A DNA stretch of 64,000 nucleotides from Hormiphora californensis (lineage: Eukaryota; Animalia; Ctenophora). This document shows, in pieces, positions 13,597 to 54,822 of this stretch (within the stretch, counting starts at the first letter, position 1; each line of letters opens with the position of its first letter). The notes below the pieces were generated by a model that searched no databases, was not told where the DNA came from, and saw nothing but the letters and a program-made list of their open reading frames with translations. Made by a program: the position numbers and the translations under genes. The stretch spans positions 5,704,001 to 5,768,000 of the forward strand of contig CM035362.1 of the NCBI GenBank assembly GCA_020137815.1, given 5' to 3'.

Positions 13597-14868
13597 TAAA
13601 GAGAGAAATTGAGAGGTCTAAGATAGAGAGGTAGAGACTAGAGAGAGAACCTTTTGGCTATTAAAAAGCTTCTAAGGATCACAAATTCTAAGTAATAGTG
13701 AGGTTAGAATTGTGAACATTTGTAAACTTGTTGATCTATGGGTGGATGGCGAGAAACAAACTCAGGAACCGACCGATCAGGAAATACTGGTCCCTGATTG
13801 GCTGATAACCAGTCACGTGATCTAAATAACGAGTTCTGATTGGTTGTTTACTAGTGTATTGGCTGATAACCAATCACGTGATCTAAATAACGAGTTCTGA
13901 TTGGTTGTTTACTAGTGTACATCCACTTTCGCTAACCCATCTAATAAGAACAATTGTTTTTAGGTCTCTGATAATTTCACTCACCCACGCAAAAGAAGCA
14001 TAGAAGTCCTGACGAAGGGCACTCCGATCGTCTCTGTATGTCCCAGCAAGAACCGCCAAGAACATTGCTCCCTCAACCACCTGAATAAACATACTTTGGA
14101 GTCTCAACATTCAATTAATAAATTTAATTAATTACTGCTACATCGTGTACAGGCTATTGAATCTTTTCTGTATAATTTATCGGGAGAAGGATCGCCCAAA
14201 CTCTGCATGTAACATAAGGCTGATCGAATAACAAATCTCGGTTGGCATAGTATATACCTAACATTCAAATAATGTGCAGGTCGGAAGAAGCTCGACACAC
14301 GAAATAAAGAATGTAATAAAATATATATAATCAAAATATTTATGTAACATCATGTTATTATAATATCATATTTTACTAATATATGATACGTGTCACACAC
14401 TCACCCACACTAATCCAAGTAGAAGTTCACTTGGAGCACTCAGGGTGTAATAAGAGGGCTATTGGAGTCCAGAGTTTGGGTATAAAAGTGTAGAATGGTG
14501 TGGAGAATACCGACACCAGCTACACCCCTACATACCTGGGGAGAGAGAGTGGTTACTATGGGGTTAGTGGTTACTAGGGGGTTACTATGGAGTGGTTACT
14601 AGGGGGTTAGTGGTTACTATGGAGTGGTTACTATGGAGTGGTTACTAGGGGGAGAATACCAATACCAGCTACACCCCTGCATACCTAGGGAGTGAGAGGG
14701 GTTACTATGGGGTTAGTGGTTACTAGGGGGAGAATACCAACACCAGCTACACCCCTACATACCTGGGGAGTGAAAGGGGTTACTATGGGGTTAGTGGTTA
14801 CTAGGGGGTTACTATGTAGTGGTTACTAGGGGGAGAATACCAATACTAGCTACACCCCTACATACCTA

Positions 14869-14906
<38 letters not shown>

Positions 14907-15777
14907 GAGGGGTTACTATGGGGTTAGTGGTTACTATGGGGTTACTATGCCCTATGGGGTTACTAGAATTGGGTTACTATGAATTAGGATACCACCTATA
15001 ACAGAAGAAGAAATAAGACACTCCGTCGACACGTTAGTCGTTATCTATGTTATCATTAAATAATCTCAGGTTACACATTCCCAGCTGGTATCCCGTTTTG
15101 GCTAGTCAAACAAGTGTTTGATGGTCTAAGGTCTTACCAGTTCTGAGCGAATCAGGAAATACTGGTCCCTGATTGGCTGATAACCAGTCACGTGACCTAA
15201 ATAACGAGCTCTGATTGGTTGTTTACTTGTTTGGTGGTCTAAGGTCTTACCAGTTCTGAGCGGCTAGTTGAGATTCTAGTGGTTACTAGGGGGTTAGTGG
15301 TTACTAGGGGGTTACTATGGAGGGGTTACTAGGGGGAGAATACCAACACTAAGGTCTTACCAGTTCTGAGCGGCTTGTTGAGATTCTCTTGCAGCTGCCT
15401 AGCGTCCACCCAAGCACAATGTCCAACACTAGAGCTGAGAGAAAGTGTGTATTACAACTATTGTTAAATGTGTTCACGCTATTCACAACTATTATTACTG
15501 CACTCAAAAACAGTCCCAGTTCCCCAGGATCCGATATAGCTCACCATTATGTCACCATTTGTCACCATGATACCCCCCCCCCATCCGATATAGCTCACCT
15601 ATCATAGTTAGGTCCGCCCCAAGGGAGATAGGGGTGGTGAGGGAATTTAGGAAGGGGGTCCCCCACCCTGAGGATTCGTATGTGATCCAATGGATGGCCG
15701 GCAGCACAATTGATCCTCCTTGAAGAGCGGTACAAGCCAGAAACAACTGCAGAGAGAAATGTCGGGATTCTGTATGT

Positions 15778-15809
<32 letters not shown>

Positions 15810-16316
15810 CCGAGACGACGAGATGGCAGAGAGGCGACCTGGTTCGCGGATGGCGAGAGCCGGATCTAGCGTCGAGGTGTCTCTCTCTGCTGCACGCCTC
15901 TTCCTCGCTCGCCTAGCTCCCGCGCTCTCTCTGCCTCGGCCGTCTCTCTCATCCTCGCGCCGTCACCTCACTGACCTTCCCTACTCATCACTTGCTCCAT
16001 CGTTACTAAGCTGATCCTCTGCTCGAGCGACGTCTACCTCTCTACTCTCTGCCTCTCGCTCAGCTCCTCAGTCCCGTCTGCTCGGTGGCAGCTGCGCGGC
16101 TCTGCGATCTCGAGCGTCTGAAAGATTAGAACTGCAGGCGAGTTTCGGGATTCTGTATGTGATTGAAAATGTCAAAACAGTATGGGGTATGTCAAAACAA
16201 TATATATTATCATGAATACGATCGTACGCGTACGATCTCTATTATAATATTGTTTTGACGTTTACAGTTGCCACGGAAGTCTCTCTCGTTTCGGAAAGTT
16301 GAGAGAGAGAGAAAGT

Positions 16317-16408
<92 letters not shown>

Positions 16409-19400
16409 TACGGTACATACCTTCATGGCGAATACGATGTGTCCTCCACTAGTGATACTGGAAAAGAGAGTAAACCCAAACCATCCAGCCCCTAAAGTAT
16501 AGAACAGTAGTAGTAGTAGCAGTGCAGCTTTCAATCCTGAAAAGTATAGATTTAGTATTGAGAGTAAGGAGCAGTGCAGCTTTCAATCCTGAAAAGTATA
16601 GATTTAGTATTGAGAGTAAGGAGCAGTACAGCTTTCAATCCTGAAAAGTATTGAGAGTAATTTCAGCTCGACTCTCTGTTATCTTATCTGGTTAATTAGA
16701 TAATTGGATAATTAGGTTTGCACAAAAAACGGTTATAACCGGCTATAGCCACTTAGGAATGGTTTAGAGACTTTTCATTGGTGCCATTTTGTAGGCAATA
16801 GCCAAGTTATGGGGGGTCGACGTCGGATTTTTACCTCCAACCGTTTAGCCGTTATTTGGCTGTGGTCATGGTGAGCGAAAAACGGTAAAAAGCCCGATTT
16901 TGACCACCTTTAAAGCCAAATAACGGATAAACGGTTGGAGATAGAGCTTAAAAGTCCGACGTCGACCCCCCGTAACTTGGCACCAATGAAAAGTCTCTAA
17001 GTGGCTATAGCCGTATAGCCAAAAAACTGTTATGTGCAAACCTAATTATCCAATTATATAATTAACCAGATGAGATAGAGACTTAACTTAAGCAAAGAAA
17101 TCAGGTACTCGACCCGGCCCTAAGTTCTATCTGGAAAAGGGTAACGATTTTCTATTTTGGTAGTCGACTATTTTGGTAGTCGACTATTTTGGTAGTCGAC
17201 TATTTTGGTAGATGTTTTGTTCAGTTAGTGAGGTCATTATAGGGAATTACCTTCATAACAAGTTTGCCGATCATAATATTGCAATAATGGGTAAACCCGT
17301 ACTAGACGTGACAATAATTAACCCGTACTAGACGTGACATCGAACACGTTGCAGCGGCAGTAATAACCCGTACTAGACGTCAGTAATTAATTTCATTTGT
17401 TTTGACACAATATCGAGCAAAATAATCTGCCTCTGGTTTCTCAATACACGTCATCCTGTGGGGCAATTGCCTGACCTTCAGGAACCGACCAAATCACGAA
17501 ATACTGGTCCCTGATTGGCTGATAACCAGTCACGTGACCTAAATAACGATTGGTTGTTTACTTGTGTCGGTCGGTTTCTGCCTGATCCTAGTTGCTCCAA
17601 CCACGAAAGCAGGTCAGGTGGACTTTTACGGATATAATCCTGATCTTAGTTTCCGTTCCTACATATTTTCGTTATCTGACAAACTTGGCTTTCCAAAGTA
17701 GCTGTTGTTCGAGAGGTAGTAAAGTCGGATTTTTTGAAGTTGTCACCCCCCTTCTCGTGTGCAGAATATTTTTGCGTGTCACATCACATGTTAACATGTG
17801 GTGTGTTCGTCAAAATTGATAAATTTCACATGCGCAGTCATTTGGGGGTGACAACTTCAAAAAATCCGACTTTATGTTATGTGCCTTTCCTTTCACTAGC
17901 TCAAGCTTAATTGTGCCCTAATGTTATAATATTAGTATTTTTTGCTTTGTCATTTGGTCTGATTTTGTAAATTCGTTGATTTTGACCCGCAAGCCAGAGA
18001 AGTTACCCCGGTTACCCCCAACTAAACAAACCACCCTGTTACTAGGCAACTCCCAACTAACCAAACCACCCTGTTACTAGGCAACCCCCAACTAACCAAA
18101 CCACACTGTTACTAGGCAACCCCCAACTAACCAAACCACACTGTTAATAGGCAACCCCAACTAACCAAACCACACTGTTACTAGGCAACCCCCAACTAAC
18201 CAAACCACACTGTTACTAGGCAACCCCCAACTAACCAAACCACACTGTTACTAGGCAACCCCAACTTACCAAACCACACTGTTACTAGGCAACCCCCAAC
18301 TAACCAAACCACACTGTTACTAGGCAACCCCCAACTAACCAAACCACACTGTTACTAGGCAACCCCCAACTAACCAAACCACACTGTTACTGGGCAGCCC
18401 CTATTGTATACAAGAATGACATACACCGAGAACAGAACATGAGCTCTTCCCCACCAACATCATCTGGCATTCACCACGGTCCTCCACTTCCAATTGAGCG
18501 ACTTAGGAAGGACAAGGAGAGGATACGATCGAAATGTAACCGGGACATGTTCAAGAACTACATGGCGGAGATGAGCAGAGTTATGGGCTTTGAGAAGCTG
18601 TCCATCAATGAGTGTCTCTCTACTGCCATATCCATCCTTAAACTGGACAAGTTTTGCGATTACTTCGAGTCCGATCATAATGAATTTCCAGCAGATCTAT
18701 TCTTCGAGGCTGGCAACTACATCGGGCTGGTGTTCGACGAGAATGGCCGGGTTTTGCACATCACCAGTCGGTTAACGGACCACCCATCACCATTCAACAT
18801 GGCCTACATCGGGTCCTTTCTCGACCAGATCTGCCTGAATACCACCGAGATCCTTTACAAGGTGTTCCGGGATGAGTTGCAGGACTATTGAGATGAGGTT
18901 GAAGTACACGAAGAAAAACAAGCAGCCCACCACCATGCTGCTCAAGGGACGAGTGCTGGCCACTGGCAACCACCTATCGGACTGCGACTGGTAACATCAA
19001 GATCTTCATGGGATATGGTCTGATACCGGGCCGTCGAGACGTTGTCCGTGATCCAATTCATGTTCAACACCGGTTTCGAGATCTGGATTAACCGGGAATG
19101 TGAGATCATCAAGTCACATTCCTGGCTGGACATGCTGCTGGAGGAATGCCCTAAGTCCCCTCCGGGGTTCTCCAGTATCCCTTCTGGCACTTCTTCCACC
19201 CTGATGACCTGCCCGTTCTGGATCGAATGGAGTCCCAGACGAAGCGTGACGGGTTTTTTCTCTTGTACTTTCCGACTCTATGATGGAGACAGTTATCTCC
19301 TCGTCCAGGCCCGAGGGTACCCAATGAGGACGGAACATGGCGTCAAGTATAGTGAGACATACATCTGGCCTGTCGGTTACGAGGACTACAAGACTGGTGA

Positions 19401-21476
19401 TCTTAACATTGTCGATGTGAAGAAGATGTGGAGCCAAAAGCAGAAGAAGAACATGCTACAAAAGAGCATCACAGGTGCCCCCACTCCCTACCTGATCTGT
19501 CCAGCGGATACCAAGCAGTACAAGGTAGAAATGAGGTTTCCCGAAATTCCATCCACATCAGAAAAACCATCAACTACCGCGGTTGTTCAAGTGAAATCTG
19601 CGTTTGAGTTTTGTTTTAAGAACTCAACATCACGGAAGTTTGTCCCAGTGGCTGGCATGTTGCCAAGTGGAGGAGGAGGGATGGTTGGCATGTTGCCAAG
19701 TGGAAGAGGAGGGATGGTTGGCATGTTGCCAAGTGGAGGAGGAGGGATTAGAGGTAGTGCTTACTCCACTCCAGTGGTTGGCATGTTGCCAAGTGGAGGA
19801 GGAGGAGGGGTGAGAGGTAGTGCTTACTCATCTCCAGTGGTTGGCATGTTGCCAAGTGGAGGAGGAGGAGGGATCAGAGGTAGTGCTTACTCCACTCCAA
19901 GCTCATACACATCCATGGGTTCAAGCAGTAACTGTGGCTCTTTCATGAGCCTCTCCGATAAGAACACCGACTCTCGGACATACTCAGATACGAGTATTGT
20001 TCATACAGCACAATCAGATACGAGTAGCATGTTTGATTTCTTCGCGAGTGGCAGTAGTACGGGATCTGGTGGTAACCGATCGAGTTGTAACAGTAACAAC
20101 ACCGCAACAACAAACTCCCTCACCCCGTCCCCTCCCTCCACGTCGAGTAACGACAATCCCCAGATTCCAAACCCCGGCAATTACTTGGATAAGAGTCAGA
20201 TGACGGACCATTTGGAGAGGAGGGGTGAGGGTGCTAGCGATGAAAGTGTTGAGTGTTCCAGGGAAATGACCGTTCAAAAGATTTTAACGTTGTGGAGTTT
20301 GTTACATAACCTGAAGGACAGCAACCAAAATCTTTACGACAAATTCGCTAGTTTCATGATGGAGAACTCGACTGAACTCGTTGTGTACCTGCCACTGATA
20401 CTAAAGATGGTGAACCAGGGAATTGGAAGTCACTGCGCTGGCAAGCGCAAAGGTGACCATCCCCTCCCCCCAGCCGCGCGTGCCAGAGTGCAGTAATAAC
20501 TTTTTTCAGTTTTTAGCCAAAAATGGCATTTTGCGACGCCCATAGGGAGGCCCCCACTGCACCGATCGGTCTGAAATTTGGTATACAGTGTCACATAGTC
20601 TAGATCTACTGTAGTTTAAAAGGGCAAGTCTCTATCTCTTTTAGTTTTAGAGATATGGCATCGTGAAAAAAGCAATAAATGTCCCGGGTCTATCTATGTA
20701 TCTATCTATCTATGGATAGACGCTGTTTTTACCAAATTTATAATTATTTTTGAGAGAAAACGACATAAGATAGACACTTCTCGTTTGTTGCATTCGAAAG
20801 ATAATCGTTCAAATTGTGTAGACGAATAGTTGTCATGTTCTAGGTCCAACCAGAACGTCTTAACAAACTGTCATAAAGATAAGAGTTTTATCAAATCAAC
20901 CAAATTTCTTTGAGCTCAATTTACACCCTGAAGACGGCTTCTGATTGAAAAACGGAGACCGCACTTACGAAAGATAATCGTCTATACTTTCAGAAACTAT
21001 ATCGCGAATTTGTGAATCTCTATTTCTAAAGGTCTCAAATCGCGTCTGAAGTGTTAAGACTGTATGAAAATAGGTATGACGATAATGCGTTTTTCGCCAA
21101 AGCGACCTCAAATCTTGTCCAATCGATCTCAAACTTGGTCAGCATCTTTATCTAGATGGGCCTGATAATAATATATCCCTATCTTGACATTATAACGTCG
21201 TGACGTCACGCTATGACGTCATAATGACGTCAAAGTTGAAATTTTCGTATTTTAGCGATTCCTGACGGTCTTTACACGTCCAGACATGTCTTACATTGTA
21301 TTTCACATCAGAAAATACCAAAAATATACCCCAATTAAGCCAAAAACTAACAGAAATTAGTTGGCTGGAAAGGTGACCATTTTGTTGTCAAACTGACACC
21401 TTTGCCCGGCCCGGGTTACAGATATGATCGATGGGGTAAATCAGGGAGAAAGAGAGAGAGAGAAAGAGAGAAAGAA

Positions 21477-21540
<64 letters not shown>

Positions 21541-23872
21541 TAAAAGAGAGAGATAGAAATCAGAGAGGGAAAGATAATGATGAAACCCGGAGAGGGCAAA
21601 GGTGTCAGTTTGACAACAAAATGGTCACCTTTCCAGCCAACTAATTTCTGTTAGTTTTTGGCTTATAAGTAAAATAGATAAATGAGAAATTGATTAAAAA
21701 TCGAGGTTTGACTGATACTAAAACACACATGACGTATGTATCTGATGATCGTCCTAACATCGCTCTCTCTCTCTCTCTTTTTAGGCGGCTGGCAGTGAAA
21801 AAGACGATACTGTCAAGAGGTGTGTGGACCTATGACTGACTTCCCGGTAAATCGGGGTCCGACCGAAGGTAATTTCGAGAATTGAAAACAAAAACTGTGT
21901 TCCCGAACTAAACGTGTTCCAGAGAATTTGTATTGTGTGTGTGTACTGGGTGTCTGTCATTTATGAATTTAAAAACGTTACCGTGTGCATGTTGGCTGTT
22001 GCATGAATATGTATTTAAAATGAAAATTTTGCAATTTTGCAATTTCGCGATTCCAACCTCTCTGTACCTATTCTACAGTCGGACTCCGATTTCGGGACAC
22101 CCTCGGGGGAAAAGAATCCTGCCACTAAATCGGGGTGTCCACTAAATCGGGGGCCACTAAATCGGGGTCCGACTGTACATGGATTGAAATTTGTGGGCTG
22201 GAAAGGTTGCCCTATTATTTGAGCTACCTTTGGCAACAGTACATTCTCTTGTGATAGACGAAGCTTCTGTACCCTGTGGCAAAGGTAGCTCAAATAATAG
22301 GGCAACCTTTCCAGCCCACTAATTTCAATTAGTTTTGGTATAATTAGTTTTTATTTATTTTGCCCATAAAAGAGGCAATTAGCCACTGTGCTAATTTTTC
22401 ATCAATCATTACATATAATTCGTAACATATTTCAGTAGACTGAACTTAACATTTTTATGTCTTCTGAGTGTTGGCTATTAAAGCTTTGTGTACTGCACTA
22501 AATCGTGTTTCGGTTTCAGGGCACCCCGGGGTTCCGGTGAATTGGGGTCCGACTGTAGTAAATATAAATCGCTCTTACTCGATGACATTCGAATCCTTCT
22601 TTCGCATCCCTTGGTCAGCATCCATTAATTATTCAGGTGTTGGCGATTGTGCTTTGGGCTAATATCTCTATTATAATATTGCATCAGCAGGATCACACCC
22701 CTGGGTGCGCTAGTACATATTATATAAGTTGGTTAACAGTAACTAGGAAGATTTAAGAAGGACCTAACACAAAGAATTAGAGTCTGAGAGAGAGAAGGAG
22801 AGCGAGAGAGAGTTAAGATTTTTTTGGTGAGAGATAATATTTTTTGCAGACCTCACACGAATGGCATGTCCACGAATTGCTTTATTAGGAATAAATTTAA
22901 ATAAAGGTTCGCAAGCTCTCAGGTTATCAGCTCCCTACAAAAAAACAACCTACCACTCTCCTCTGCAGAAAGATGTCCTCCCGTCGCTTCATCGTTAACC
23001 AAATGTAACTCCAGCCCCACTCTGCTTTGCGTGGGGTACTGGGGATAGCAAGTGGCGGCATCCACAAAGAGAGCGTAGAAGGTATGTGGCTCATGGGACC
23101 ACAGGGGAAATAGCCTTTCTTTGAATTCCGTGCTTGATTTAGTAGGGAAAACTGAGGGATGTAGGATGGTGATTACTTCAAAGTTATAATAATTCAATCT
23201 AAAAGACTCACTTTAATACGTTGAATTAGTACACCAGTATTTTACACGAGGAAAAAATAGGGAAATGAGATGTTCTGACGATCGCTGATGCATGAAACTA
23301 CAAGTTAACAAAACTACTAATTTAAATTTCCTAAAGCTCCTGTTGAGCATGACCAGGAATAAAATGTTACATACGTGAGAATGATGCTTTTCTTAAGAAT
23401 TGGTTGCAGTCACCCTGGAACCGGTCTAACAGTTTCTCTCGGGGGAAGAAATAAAGTCCACCGATACTATCGTTCCCTCTTAACTTAGCTTTCGCTTGGT
23501 TCCCTTGAAATACAAAACAAAGATAAGGACTCAGAAATTATGGGAAGTGGATTTCTTCATCAATAATTTTTAATGGCATGTTGCCAAAAACTAACAAAGC
23601 TATCTAAAACATCCTATTCAAATCTACAGAATCTAAATTAACAAAATATCGATTCAGTTAAGGGCGCCATACCGTGGAAGGTGAATTTGGCGACGACGAT
23701 TCCCCTTTCATCGCGAGCTTGTTTAGAATCTGAGATGAACCTAGAAACCAGGACGGATTACAACTTAGTAAATGGTGCGAGAAAGTGCTGCATATCGATC
23801 AACTTACGTCACTGTTTTGCTGATGGAGAGCGATACTATAGCGCAGAGGGAGACTAAGCATAGACAACGCAT
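11518..23872 (-). CDS. GPR180: GPR180-like (GOST/intimal-thickness-related receptor) 7TM protein; exons 23808-23872, 23673-23740, 23375-23503, 22954-23151, 16421-16536, 15599-15746, 15361-15434, 14405-14535, 13985-14080, 11518-11817
   Basis: All junctions are GT-AG and phase-compatible, except exon 14405-14535, which is 131 nt (one base missing). Signal peptide MRCLCLVSLCAIVSLSIS. Motifs KFTFHG, HTFYALFVDAATC, HLSAEESGL, IVLGWTL, DRSALRQDFYASFAW and SLFWEVSSLSATSLP follow the order of vertebrate GPR180 as I recall it (HFEFHG, HFSAGESGL, CMGWTI, ERSTLKREFY, SLYWEVSSLSSVTLP). Confidence 0.88.
16686..17070. mobile_element. MITE with long TIRs
   Basis: atctggttaattagataattggataattaggtttgcaca ... 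tgtgcaaacctaattatccaattatataattaaccagat, with further internal inverted segments. Confidence 0.8.
18013..18400 (+). repeat. ~35-bp minisatellite upstream of bHLH-PAS copy 2
   Basis: About 11 units of ccccaactaaccaaaccacactgttactaggcaac, the reverse complement of the 2538-3000 array. Confidence 0.95.
18439..21834 (+). CDS. bHLH-PAS copy 2 (frameshifted in this assembly; gene or young pseudogene), nested antisense in GPR180 intron 4
   Basis: Highly similar to copy 1 over bHLH-PAS. Several indels are confined to ~18880-19260 and the frame is intact elsewhere. Exon 1 homology ends at ~20428 (LKMVNQGIG). A homologous intron end and exon 2 (ggcagtgaaaaagacgat, compare copy 1 gcagtgaaaacgatgat) lie at ~21720-21834. 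Confidence 0.7.
22075..22178. mobile_element. Tc1/mariner/pogo-type MITE family (TA-flanked)
   Basis: ta-cagtcggac(t/c)ccgattt ... aaatcggggtccgactg-ta. Relatives near 27950-28015, 45499-46817, 47260-47391 and 54082-54178. Confidence 0.8.
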
Positions 23873-25124
23873 TTTTATTCGGTAGTCTCAGGCAGATCTT
23901 TTCTCAACAAAATCAAAGATTTTCTGCCGTAGTTTTAGTACTGTCAGTTACAGTAACCCTCAGTGTTTTTTATGTGTTTTAAGTGACCTCTGAACTTCCT
24001 CGTCCCGTCCACTGTTTTGGTTTTACTGGCGTTGAAACTTGAACCTCTGAGTCACGGCGCGAAAAATTCGAGGTGAAAAAAATCTGAAAAATATCCCGAA
24101 ATAAAGGTTGAAATTGCGCGGACGCGCGCGGCGCGAAACTAAAGTCCGTTTCAAGCGACTTGACCCGCAATTCTTGGAATTCGGCGCAACTGTTCACCCC
24201 TCAACTCGTGCGCGTGCGATATTTTAATTTACGCTGCGCGCGCTACACGTTAACATGTGATAAACGCGCAAAAAAAATCCGCGCACGACTTTGGGGGGTG
24301 AACAGTTGAAAAAAAATGGACATTATTTACAAAGGGGAAATCCTGAATTTCCAGGAATCTCAGGTCAAGTCGTTTGAAACGCACTTTAGAAATGCTTTTA
24401 AAAAATCATTTATTCCGCGCGTTACGTTAAAACTGAAAACCAACACCGCGGTGCACCGGTGATGATTCTAAAATTGAAAATTGAAAAATTGCTGAAAATT
24501 CAAAATTGTTGAAATTTTGTGGGCCAGCGTTAAAATCTGGGTGTTTCGTTGGCATGCGCTGCCGGCTGCAGACCCCAAGTGCGTGCGTTTTCCACGGCTT
24601 CTCCATTGGGGACTGTAGCGTAGGCCAAGGTGTTTCGTGAGTGCTAACAAACGGTTTTTTAGGGTTAGGGCTAAAGTTTTTTTTTTGCCGGTCCAATTAA
24701 AACGGAATAAAAATCAAGGTAATCAGTACATATAAGATTAATAAATTAGGGCTAAAGTAGGGTTAGGGTTTGGGTTGGGGTTAGGCCTTGACATTTCCTA
24801 CCAGATAAACTTTGAATTAGCCAAAACGGTTGAGTGGTTTGGCGGTTAGAGCCATTTTAGTGAATCAACTTTTTTGGCAGCGCGCACCTGTAATCAGGCC
24901 ACGAAACACCCAGATCGTAACGGCGCCCAATTTTGTGGACGCAACAGACACAAGTTTTTTACGCAAATTTTACACGATTACAAGATAACAAGATACAAAA
25001 TAACTGCCTTTTTTAAGTAACAAAGTTCAAAACTAATCGATAATAAACAATATTCCTTATTTTCAGATAACAGATAACATTTTCTCAACTGTTTTCACTT
25101 CAGAAAGTTAATGGCAGACCAGTT

Positions 25125-54822
<29,698 letters not shown>

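Noticed and set aside
14405-14535. GPR180 and the receptor (43969-44106) as pseudogenes because of frameshifts
   Set aside because: The indels are isolated, fall in short runs, and all other exons are intact; assembly error is more likely.
15780-16165. GC-rich scrambled segments (also 3000-3290, 37680-37990, 44440-45400)
   Set aside because: They look like low-quality consensus or gap-fill beside microsatellites; 15746-15779 recurs at ~16131-16162. Not interpretable.
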